Shown piece by piece: positions 22,166-33,000 of a DNA stretch of 33,000 bases. The stretch's first letter is position 1. Each line of letters starts with the position of its first letter. The notes beneath the pieces were generated by a model that did not search any database, was not told where the DNA came from, and saw only the letters and a program-made list of their open reading frames with translations. Source of the DNA: Botryllus schlosseri (Eukaryota); assembly GCA_051294905.1 (NCBI GenBank), contig CM119371.1:27528001-27561000 (forward strand), read 5' to 3'. Made by a program: the position numbers and the translations under genes.

Positions 22166-25100
22166 ACAAGAATTAAACCAGCGTTCGAATATATTCGGGG
22201 ACAAAGTGTCGCGGATTGATCGCGATGATTGGCTTAAACCATGCGCCTCATTTAGGTTGAAACACGCGAATGAGGGAATGGTGTTCCCTGTTCACTGTTC
22301 AGTCACCCATAGGTCCAGTGAAATATGCGATGGATACCCGAGAACGGCGTTTCTGAGCTATCAAACAGGTTCCATTTTGGTGGCCGCCTTTTGGGTCTGA
22401 ATACAGACTGATTTGCTAATAGTGCAAAATACACCCTGCAGGTACAGATATCCCCGTGAGAATTCGTGTACTTGAGCCTTTCTTCTCGTTAGAATAGGTG
22501 TGGAAGCAAAATGCTGCACTAGAAAGCACCAATGGCCTGATATGCACCCACGTAATAGTGGAAATCTCGTAAATGCAATTTTTTTCCACCGGGGTTAGCC
22601 GTATTACCGGTAGATAATCTCTACCTTGTAGTATAGTTGTCATGTTTATGTTGATCAGACAAGGTCTGATAGTTTCTGGTTGCTGTCTGTACGCTGTATA
22701 CACAGCGAATAATTTCCCAAATACATTCCCGACTTGACAGCATCGTGGGGATACACGCAAAATAATGCCTGCCAATGTACTTGTATATGAAATAAGCTTG
22801 CGGTTTGCTTAGAGATTCACTGGAATCTGCGTAGGGACGAAGAAGCAGGGTTTTCACGTTGATATAATGCAAATAATTAACAACATTCAAGCAAACATAT
22901 TTGCTATATGGTCGTTGGTAAAGTCTACAACTCGACCTCGGACGAATGAGGACAAATATAGGTCTAGTTTACTCAGTGGGTTATAATAGTTTGGAATTAT
23001 GTTTGCATTCAAGTTGCAAGTGTCTCTTAGCGATTATATGCGGGATTTCCCCGTGATGAAGTGGCATGTCATGAGCTTTGCAACCGCTGTTCCGCGTAAG
23101 CGAACGAAAATACCAGTGGAGGTATGGTTATAATCACAAACACCAGCTCGAGTATTGGTGTCTTGGTGACCCCTGTTCTATTCAAGAAGGGGCAAAGAGC
23201 GGTGACACGTGACCACAAAAGCACACATATAGATGAAGTTAGCGTGCCCACATTATTTTGCCTTACTGACCGTAATGGATTGGATGGGCATGTTTGCAAG
23301 GCAACAAGTCACCTCCGGCCCTCTAGCTTTCATCAAAATATCAATGTGCAATTTTTCCTGTGACATGGCCTTGTCAACAACAGCTCTGCATTCAATTTCA
23401 TGACTTCAAAAGTAATTAACAATTGTAGCAACACAATCACTAGCTGTATTTGTAACGAAGTAGGCACTCGTCTGGCAGTTGTGTGGAAAATCCCATTCAG
23501 CATTAGTGCAAAATAAAGATTATTGGATCGTTACAGTCTTGTGTGGAATTTAGTCCTAGCTAAAGTATTTTCGAACAGCATTAGAGTCAAAGGTGGACGT
23601 TGGTGTTCCAATAGAATTGGACATAATTGACAACTAGAATATCTTTTTTCGAACCCGAACACCGAATGAGTAATAAAGATGCTAGCTTGAACTATTTTAT
23701 TTTTCAACTCGGATCCCATTGAGTCCCTCCCTCTTGCATATCAAACAAGTTGAGATATTGAGATATCGAGATATACAACTGTGGGCGTGTGAATTGTTTA
23801 TGTTTTAATTGTTCATTTGGTCAAACATCGTTTTGTTTGGTGTTCCAAAAGAATGTCGTAATACATAAAGTGTTTCAAGGCGCGATGCAGCCTTGGGGGC
23901 TTGGAAGGCAATGAAGAGGGGCGCTAAGCCGCTGTTAACTAAAGAAAAATTCGCGCACCGCGCGATTTACCCTCGTTTTATGGCTATTGCTTTGTATTTG
24001 TTAATTTCGTCTTTAAGAATTCTCTCATCAACAGCCATGACCTTCAACGCCATCAGACTATCCGCTGGGATTGCTAGCATACTGATTGCTCTCTTCAATA
24101 TTTTTTGATATCACGATAAGTGGGCGCGAAATTTAACACTGTCATAAAGGGGGGCGTGTCGAGAAAAGTTTGAGAACCACGGGTATAAGATATAAGAACA
24201 CTGAATAGCTATAAGAATCACGGTTTGAATTGAAGTCACCTTTCTGTTCGCACTGTTTGACACAATGACGCAATGGATTATACCGAGCATAATGGCAAAG
24301 CTAAAGACAAAATACACGATGATACAAGTACATATGTGTGTTACTACTCCAGAGTATAGGTCACTACCGAAGTCTTGCTTGAACAGGTTTTAGGCACAAC
24401 TGCTTACTTTTTCCTATTCGGATTTTCAAAACTAGAATGTACAGTTTGCATTTAGGAATTAACCACGTCTGACCAACAGTCAAAAGTATGCGACCCTTCG
24501 ACCAAATCAATGTTTTAAAAGTACTTACTTGAAAGTACTTTACATACTTTCCATTTTTATTTCCACTTCAAGTACCTCTGACATGTCGTAGGGATTGGTA
24601 CTTCTACATGCTATTGAGTAGGAATTCACGGTGCTACACTTATTCTTGAGTAGGAACGCTTACAATTTTAACCACATCTGTGTATCTACCGTATAAGCAT
24701 AGGCGTTTTATCATTTGTATCTTACCGGGGTTGCCAACCAATTTGCTATTCACCGCCCCATTTCGATTACTTACATGGCTTACAGCCGCAGTGTCACATA
24801 TTGCTATCAAATGTTTGTCCCTTCTCATCCCAACTGATCAGATTCAACGGTAAGAGTTGATGGAGGGAGCGTTTTCGAATATATTTAGGGCAAGTTATAA
24901 ATGATGATGCATCTTTGGGTGGGCTGAATGTTATTGGTCACGTCGTTGCATGCTGTTATTTCTTGACCTACCATCAGGATTGTCGGCATAGTGGAAATAT
25001 ATCGGAATCGCTCAAATGTAGCAGAAACGAATTTCTTTCGTAAGGAGCACACAATTCTACAAGGGGTGAATTTTATTTTTCTGCGCTGTTCGTATCTGTA

Positions 25101-25285
25101 CCGATTGGCTCACATTGGAAAGGGCGCTACCATATTAAAAGCGTAAAATGAAGCCGCATTGAATCGCGCGTAGCGCGAAGAAAATTTCAAGATTGAATAA
25201 AATCTCTCGACAATTTGGGAGTCCATTCGTAAATGCAATTTGCATGTCGATGGCAGCACACACATACAACAGGCGAATTGGATTA
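22166..25285 (-). pseudogene. Degraded FN3-repeat-like coding sequence (distal part of minus-strand array)
   Basis: NVGTLTSSICVLLW, IILRVSPRC, LISWDEKGQTFDS..CGCKP; paralog of 13850-16600 up to 24604. Confidence 0.45.
23891..24182 (+). mobile_element. 5'-truncated copy of the 15956-16272 MITE
   Basis: Same position within the duplication; ends tttgagaaccacgg followed by gtataaga. Confidence 0.75.
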
Positions 25286-25293
25286 CGTTAGAC

Positions 25294-26423
25294 CAGGGGT
25301 GGGCAAACTTTTGAGCTCGCGGGCCGCATTCAACATCTGAATCCATTCGCGGGCCGCACTATATCAAATTGGGATCATAAACCAAAATGCAATATTGGTA
25401 TTTGATTATAGTTAGGACATGGAGATAATATATATGCTTATTTAAAACAAACCAAACATTGCTACGACGATATCGTACAATGGCGAGATTTCATAGGCTG
25501 GTCGACCTCAATGACCAATTTGTCAAAGCTATAGAGGTGAAAGTCGGTTGTCCCGATTCTTAGAACAGAATTGAAATTTAAATCTGTGAGCAGCGATCTG
25601 TTCATAGATTTACTAATTCCACTTTTGGTTCAGTTCCAGGACACACAATGCTGACAGCACCATGACCATGTTAGATTTAAACACGATTCTACTATTTGTA
25701 GATAAAATATAACTACCCCAAGTCTACGCACAGAACGAATATATAAGCACATCACTAAAATAGGTAAAACTGGAGTGGCCAATCTGAAATCACACTCGTG
25801 ATCCAAATTATGTCAATCTCGTTTAGGAATTCTGTCATTTTTAGCAGTTGAAACATTTCAAAATGCGTGGGCCTTGAGATGGTCGCGCCAGAAATTAAAC
25901 ATAAAATAATATAGGAAGTATTTACCTTAGAGTTGTGGATCTCAAACTTTTTAAGACTCGCCCCCTTGTGATGGTGAAAGATTTCGCGCCCCCCTTATCG
26001 TCATATCACAAAACGTAACCAGGATGCTAGCAAACCTAACGGGTAGTTTGATGGCATGAAAGGTTGCGATTGTGGATGAGAGATTTTAATATATTAAATT
26101 CAGACTAAATACAGATCAACAATTAGGAATTTAGTGTAAATTGCGCGGACCGCAATTTTTTTTCATTCGAGCTCAGCTTCGGCCCCCTTCAGACGATTTC
26201 AAGCCCTCAAGGTAGACGCGCCGCCCAGTTTGAGAACCACTGCCTTAGAATTATCATGGTGAAATATATACTAAGAAAAAAGTTTAATTAGTCCCTGCAT
26301 TAATTTGATATTTAGTTCGCATTTTAACTATATTTCTAATAAGTTTCTTTAGACTCTCGCGGGCCGCACATAACGGTGCTGCGGGCCGCATGCGGCCCGC
26401 GGGCCGTAGTTTGCCCACCCCTG
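25294..26423 (-). mobile_element. Composite hAT MITE, inverted second copy of 1157-2293
   Basis: Same TIRs; exact TSD cgttagac (25286-25293, 26424-26431); colinear reverse-complement homology along its length. Confidence 0.92.
25933..26242 (-). mobile_element. Nested MITE at the same internal site as 1336-1599
   Basis: ttgtggatctcaa ... tgagaaccactg flanked by ccttagag / ccttagaa. Confidence 0.8.
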
Positions 26424-26431
26424 CGTTAGAC

Positions 26432-29400
26432 GGTCGCAGAAATCTTCTCCTACGGCCGCAGGTTGGCCATCCTGGTATCGTGTATAGTTAAAACGTTGTC
26501 TATTTTGAAGTCATAGTCTAGTCTTTTGTGATCTCTTTCTCGCTTACATTGTAACTACTGTGGTTGCCTGTGGGATCATATACGCCTATGTCACCGATTC
26601 TTCATTGGCCGACAAAGTCCAAGTCTTGGTTGGTGAGGCTTGGTCGATAATGTACCGCTATAGGCTATAGGCCTTGGTGTAATCATGGCCTACTATTTCG
26701 TATAGGCCATGGTGTATTTCAAATATTTCGGTGCAAAAGAATCCGATGTATAACCACTATACTCATTGTTCTAACAGTAGCGTGGCGTGTTTTGTAGTTT
26801 AATGATCTTTTTATTTATATGTAGGAATCATAATATATACGCAACAAGTCCAGAATTTTGTGTACCAAAATTTTATAACTTTAATTACAATGTTGCTTCT
26901 GTTCGAAGCTTAGCATCAGCTTGCAAATCGGATAGTATTGGATAATGAGAGATACATGCTCGTAGGAGTTACAATCACTGAAACAAACTTTTCAGTCGCT
27001 TGCGGCGTGTATACTTAAGATTGCATTGCAATTCCGACCAAAGGTCGCAACGTCGTTTCACGGATTCAATCTATATTACTTGTTTATAACGACGTTAAAC
27101 TGGTTTGCGGTTTATTATGCAGCAATGGCAAATCACGCCCACGCAGAACAGATAAAAATCTCCCACCTACGCGTTTATTGAGCGAGACATAATACTCCAG
27201 ATGATAACACGTCTAGAACGTTGACGTACACTTAAATGCCCTGCAGTAACATTGCCACAAATTGTGGAAACCGATCTACATTCCATGACACTGTAAGGAA
27301 AAATACAAGAGAGAGACCAATTCTTGCAATTTGGGAGTGATCACATTGGCACCAATACCATTGATTTTCGCATCAACATGCTAACACTCCGAGTTCACCT
27401 CAGATTCTACAGTGTGATCGAACTGATACTCAAGATAACGTGTCAAATCAACGATATACAATATACAACTGTATCCTATCCACTCTTGCAAGAAGAATCC
27501 TTTACATGAGCTATCATTGCAAAGTCAGGCCATTGCCGAAATAATAGTTTGGTTGCTGCGGCGTTTAATGTTGTATGGGTACACACTGGATTGAAACTAC
27601 GATTGCATCCGACTTAATCTGAAAGATGACTTCAATGAAGAAACAAATTACTGCTAATGCGAAATGTACCGATCTCGAAAGCGATACGACGGACCTAGTC
27701 TTAAAGTAGCAGATTAGCTGCTTAGCAGATTGCCTAATAATCGCATCTCTTACCATCGAACTATACTGTTGACATAGTAACAATATCGTGAGTATAATAC
27801 GGATTTAAGAAATCCTGAAAGACGAACAGACAACATTGTAAAGATAACAACGCATTGCACTATTGATGTGTCGCATAGTAAAGATTGTACATCAAAAGAG
27901 GTATTAAGAACAGGGTATAGAAATTGAAGATGTTGTAAAGCGGTGTTGATATTGCGTGAACGAGAGTGCAGTTGCACTTTTGCACAAATAGTGGTTTATT
28001 ATGCAGAAACGGTTTACAACCATTTATTATATATTGACGTAGTCTGCTCTCGTTAACTGACCTTGCACGTATCAGATCGCAGTTCGTAGACATAAAGCGA
28101 TGTCACAATTGACAAAAGTGTAATGCTAACACTGCAATCAAAGATGGTGCGTTTCGCCGATTTCTGACATGTAGTAAGGTGCAATCCAGGTTATCGTCAC
28201 TCTGGTATGAACACACCTTTCAAACCTATTCAATGGGTGAAGACGAGCGACATATACTCCATATCTCGATGCATATATATACCGCGAGTGCAGTAGGTTC
28301 TGGTATCTTGTATCATCCCAAGAATAACAGGAATGGCGATCCACAACCACCACAACCAACCACATTCCTGAGAGGTATCTCGCTCCATACGAATTACGGT
28401 ATTTAGCTTGTTAAAACTCATCGGAATTGACATAAAAGCGAAATTTGCTACCATAAAGTACCTATGGTGGGATCTGTACCCTACGCAATGGTGGAAATCG
28501 CCAAACACACCTATTTTGCACCCATGTTTTGAAGTGTAGGGTATACGCGTAGTGGCGGTCTCTTATTTGGCAAACCAGTTTCAATACAACGTTGTAGAAG
28601 CCAGTGAAGTTCGCTATAGTATAGCCGTTCCAATGCGCCTTTCGCCATTAAGATCAATTTTACTCAATGAACACGCCCTAATTCTGGATTTTATTTTAAT
28701 TCGAGCGAAATCCATAATCATATACCTATGAATTTTCTTTATCAATGGACATTATATATTTTGGTTTCTTTTTGTGGTACGCTACTTTATCGACATTGAT
28801 TACCGCCCATGCCCGGCCTACGCCCCGCCGTTTTTGCACCAAAATAGCATCCGTTCTATTTGTTACAATGGGAGGCGCGAGATTAGAATGCATCCGTAAC
28901 GACTGCTGACTCACATTATTTTGATTTGCAGTGAAGGTCTGGGAATTTGAGATATCAGTCTGCATGTTATAATATCGATTACACAACTGGCGCCAAGTCG
29001 CCAATGTTTTTATTTGCAGTTCTGTTTTGCAAGACAGACTTAATAACAATGATAAATCTCTTCACGCTGAATCAGTATGATTTTCGTGATAATATGTGTA
29101 CTGTGCAGCCAAATACCGTACTCGCCAATGTCCTCCCGGATGAGAGCCAGAACATTTGCATAGTGATTTGTGTTTTGATGCATACTTTTTCTTCGTGTCA
29201 ATGCTTCAGCGGACTTGATATCGTACCCGTATACTCAAAGCAATATTTCGTTGGATAGGAATTGTGACCAGTATTATCCAACGCTACATCCCACCGTGTA
29301 ACTCCCGAAATTCACGAAATGCGTAAGTGTACATGATTGTTCAATTTCAAAACATGGCTACGATGTATCGCAACAGACATAAATTACAACGAATGCAGTA

Positions 29401-30816
29401 GGCTAACACATGTTGATATCGTCAAAGTATCATTTGCTTATTTCAACAAGGTTACCTCGCATACATTCAAATTTGTAATGTTTCATTCCTCGAGTTAATA
29501 CGAAAACAAATTTGTTCAATTTCACGAGCACTGAAACCTTAGAATGAATTTATTGTAAATATAAGGTAGCAAGGTGCGCTTGAACAAACTAACCCTATTC
29601 GTGTGTATAAAAGGCCTTAACGTTAGCAATATCCAAGGGTTATTCGTTTCGTAGTCGATCACGCCATGAAAATAAATTGTGGTTTCATTCCGTGACCCTA
29701 CTGTATGAGCAACATAAAAGTGATATGTGCGCTACTTCGTCCTCGGTTATATGTTTGATAAATGACCGTTTTTAAATGTCGCACGCGTGCGACGCAACGA
29801 ATGGACGGGAAGCAGATTAAATGGATTGAGTGTAATAGATCGATCGAACATACTTCGCGAAACACAATAGTGATTATTCAGAATGACGTCTAAAAATTCG
29901 AGTGGGGTTAATAGTCCATCGAACATGTATTTGTGATATAATAAACATGCCCAGTGGCAAATGGCCAGGGGGAAAGGCAACCCCATCCCTCAAGCTTTGA
30001 GTTTTGAACATTGTGATGGTCTTCGCCTTTGGAACCTCAAAGTGAATCTGTGATGTCATGTCATTGTTGAAAGGTGTTTGCCGCGTCAAAAGTTCCTTTT
30101 GCTACCGTCCACGGACACGTGTCGTCATATACTCTCTGGTCGAAATCGATATGCTAAATACATGTATATTGGGGCCACCCATAAACAGGAACCATAACCG
30201 GAAAAGGAGATCTCTCTTTCCGATTAGGGAAAGAACCAGGGATATGTAAACATGATAGCACATCTATATTTAGGGGACAGTCAATCGTGAGACAATGTTT
30301 TGTGATAATGCTACGAAGAATTGGATTGTGTTCTAATCTGAAATAACTGTGATTAATGGAATTCGCAACAATACCATCCAACTTCAATTGTTTGTTATAG
30401 ATGCAAGCCAATAGTTTCAATTATAGGTACTTATTTCAAGCGACCAGACAGCATGAATCGCATTAAATCAAGAGTATAATGCATCAAGTTCAATTTACCA
30501 GCATAATGCCAGTGCATAACGTGTGCTAAATATAGATATCACGGTAAATCTAATGCATCCCGCAAGCGAAAGCTCGGATTATCAACATTGTGATAAAAGT
30601 TAGCGCACTGTATTCGTTTTGCGAAACTACATATAATACACTGATTACGAGTGGATTAAGTCAATTCTCGAAACAGATTTTCGATTCATCTCGCCATCCT
30701 GTTCCATTGACGACCAGTATACCGTAACGCATCAGTTTGAATATCACTGCAGATCACACAGTGGCAATTTACAAGACCTTTCATTGTTGTATATTGGTGG
30801 ATGAATATATCTGTGC
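26432..30816 (-). pseudogene. Degraded FN3-repeat-like coding sequence (proximal part of minus-strand array)
   Basis: Acceptor gtaattcag| at 30817/30816; FN3-like fragments: CVTVYWSS, PPGHLPLGMFIISQIHVRW, LSNI*PRTK*RTYHFYVAHTVGS, FVLTRGMKHYKFEC, HTRVTITWIAP, QYIINGCKP, YIVDLTRYLEYQF, LTVSW; no evident large introns. Confidence 0.6.
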
Positions 30817-30849
30817 CTGAATTACTTGTACTTGAATGGGTATTGAAGT

Positions 30850-31080
30850 AGGTTTTACCATTTCAGTCAACTAATAGACAAGTAGAAGTGGAAGTAAGTA
30901 GAAGTAGAAGTAATCACTTTAGGTGGTAGTTTGAGTGGGCAAAATATTCTTGAAGTACGTCGAAAGGTAAAAGTACTTCGTCACTAACCACCTCAGCCAA
31001 CAAATATACTTTTTGAAACTATATACTTGAGTACTTTTGGGTGCTTTCATTTAATACTTCCATCGCTTAATGTAGTTTTG
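30850..31080. repeat. AAGTA-rich repeat or MITE remnant
   Basis: agtagaagtggaagtaagtagaagtagaagta and aaagtactt motifs. Confidence 0.35.
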
Positions 31081-31097
31081 ACATTTGAAATTGGTAA

Positions 31098-31310
31098 GGG
31101 GCGAGATAGCGTATATATAGTGTTATAATCCAGAGCTTCAACGTCAATGAGTTGTGGGTTCGATTCCGGCCGAGGTCGACTCCAGAATTCCTACATAAGT
31201 ATTGGAGGTTAATCTAGGTTCCTCCTCGGCATCTCATCAACGCAAGCGGTGTCTCAAAAAACCATAGAAGTGGGCCCTACGGTCGGCAATTGCGGAATCA
31301 AAAATAAACA
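31098..31310 (+). mobile_element. tRNA-derived SINE
   Basis: tRNA-like head ggggcgagatagc..., B box ggttcgattcc (31157-31167), followed by gaggtcgactc body and A-rich end aaaataaa; no CCA or acceptor stem. Confidence 0.65.
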
Positions 31311-31966
31311 TTTCGGCTTGCTGTAAATGACCATTGTAGTCGACAAACACCATGAATACCACAAAAAAAACAATAACCGCCACCAGTATTTGAGTATCGA
31401 TTCAAGGATTTATATATACATCTACTTGAATAGCAACACCGACTACTTTGACAGCGTCATGTGGCTATTTCACGACCACTTTTCTATGTCACCACAGAGG
31501 TTGTCAATTTTGAAATGGTTTCCGGTATCTCGCGCTGTCGGAGAAAAAATCGGCAATGATTACCCACGATTAAATTTTAGGGAAACTGCGTGATAAATTG
31601 ACTTCCCTTTCTCCCGCGGTCGAGAAAGTCACAAATCCTTTGATCGGTATTGTTCAACGTGAATTACGTCTGGATATCGCTATTGATATGCAAACCTGTT
31701 CCGATGTAGCCTCATTCTTATGTCAACAATGGGGCGCCATGGAAATCACTTATTTCGCCAGAGTAGGCTACATCGGTATTATTCGAATGCGATGGGGATC
31801 GAATAATTTATGGTTCCGGTGATGACACTTCACAATTATTAATAACATTATTAAACCCCAGAAAAAAATTACAGGTAAACCAGCAGAAAATGATTTATTG
31901 TTTATCTAATCTACATATTAGTTACATGCTTATTTTGAATACAGCTCCGTGTCTCGTATAGCGACT

Positions 31967-32197
31967 TCAGCCTTGTTTGCTGTAAAATTCGACAAAATTC
32001 CAAATTTTAGATATCACATCTTTATCAGGTTTCATATTAATATCGTAGATACCTGTAGGTATCCATGGAAAATCATCAAATACTTCTTTACTCATGAAAA
32101 TCCAGACTTTGTACAAATCCCTGGATTTTGAAGGTACGCCTGGATCTATAACTACAAGTCTACAATTAACGACATTTAGGATCCCGCAATTAACAAA
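31967..32197 (-). CDS. Candidate exon, unknown product
   Basis: Acceptor ttttcattag|; 231 bp open to TGA: FVNCGILNVVNCRLVVIDPGVPSKSRDLYKVWIFMSKEVFDDFPWIPTGIYDINMKPDKDVISKIWNFVEFYSKQG*. Confidence 0.3.
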   Translation of the reverse strand, partial: FVNCGILNVVNCRLVVIDPGVPSKSRDLYKVWIFMSKEVFDDFPWIPTGIYDINMKPDKDVISKIWNFVEFYSKQG

Positions 32198-33000
32198 CTA
32201 ATGAAAACACAGCAGGCGAGATTCAATTTCAAAGTGACTCATTAATTTTTATCTTATATGATTTGGATCGATTTTCTAGTTTAGCCGAGCATAGAACTAT
32301 GCAAAAAACAATAGCTAGTTGACCGCCAAATAATTAGAAATGTATAGTACGTTATGTATATGTACAAGTCAGACTGAATTCACACTCTGATAATATAGGA
32401 CGATACACTGTCGCTTGCCTATATGAATAAAATCATTTCAGGGGTGCTTATCGTAACTGATGCTATGAATGCGAAGTAATATTCAACTCCGTCACCATGT
32501 CCACAATGTCGACATAGCTTAATGTAGGTTATAACGTAACGATAGGGAACAGCATTATCGTTGTCCTCCATTTTGTTCGTATACGTCAGTTGCATACGCA
32601 AGGTAAGGATATGAAATTGAAATTGCAGTCAGTACAACAAGAATAGATTGCATTTCTAACAACTGGTTGCATGTCTGCTCACGGTACAGCATTGTCGTAT
32701 CAATTGGAAACGAGCGTGGGACGCATAAATAAAATAAAAATAGATTGATTCGTGCTGTTCACATCCAGGCTTCAGCTTCCCCTTGTTGTTTACTAATGTG
32801 AAAAAACGAATGTTGATATCCCTATTCAAAATATTGTTAGTGTAACGGTAAATTCGTCTGATTTATAGCATGGGGCAGTTTGCGCAGCAATGGTCGGTAC
32901 GCCGAGATGGTCGAAGTAGTCAGCGCTGAAACTTGGCACTCAAGTAAAATTAGAAGTAACGCCGTATATTTCCACTCATTTATAAATGGAAAAAAAGATT

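Larger units (their letters stand above)
16710..24604 (+). repeat. Tandem segmental duplication, unit 2
   Basis: Directly follows unit 1 and is colinear with it; carries its own insertions and the N gap. Confidence 0.9.

Noticed and set aside
21354-22169. ORFs containing X runs and ORFs 21849-22169 and 21943-22137
   Set aside because: Artefacts of the N gap and of the GACTCGAGTC repeats.
27110-27190. Second TM candidate FYLFCVGVICHCCII
   Set aside because: Aligns with the non-hydrophobic paralog VGEYKKYDWNVFCECG...VIC at about 13095-13170.
28310-28370. TM helix CGWLWWLWIAIPVILG in ORF 28230-28508
   Set aside because: It derives from a low-complexity (cca/caa) tract, FN3-like sequence continues past it, and paralogous modules do not conserve it.
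31098-31180. tRNA gene
   Set aside because: No consistent acceptor or anticodon stems, and it continues into a SINE-type body.
31729-31760. GT11 fucosyltransferase-like MGRHGNHLF
   Set aside because: Isolated motif between stops, with no other GT11 motifs nearby.
32872-32939. tRNA- or SINE-like head (gccgagatggtcgaagt) and a 14-mer ctgaaacttggcac shared with 3284-3297
   Set aside because: No B box or cloverleaf; the 14-bp match does not extend.

Overview
AT-rich eukaryotic (animal, probably invertebrate) genomic DNA; the organism class is an inference from short introns and abundant hAT-type MITEs. Main contents: (1) one apparently intact 3-exon minus-strand gene (4702->3167) encoding a 162-aa protein with an acidic N-terminus and two C-terminal hydrophobic helices, not visible as one ORF in the track; (2) about 23 kb (7960-30816) of heavily degraded coding-like DNA that reads as fibronectin type III (FN3)-like repeat arrays on both strands in convergent orientation, with no obvious large introns; (3) a head-to-tail duplication of about 8 kb (8066-16704 and 16710-24604) whose copies carry reciprocal filled and empty MITE sites; (4) many non-autonomous DNA transposons, several with 8-bp TSDs, including a composite MITE present twice in inverted orientation; (5) a tRNA-derived SINE and a 155-N assembly gap. 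No rRNA, true tRNA, CRISPR array or transposase ORF was seen. Protein-family calls come from manual translation and motif recognition only.
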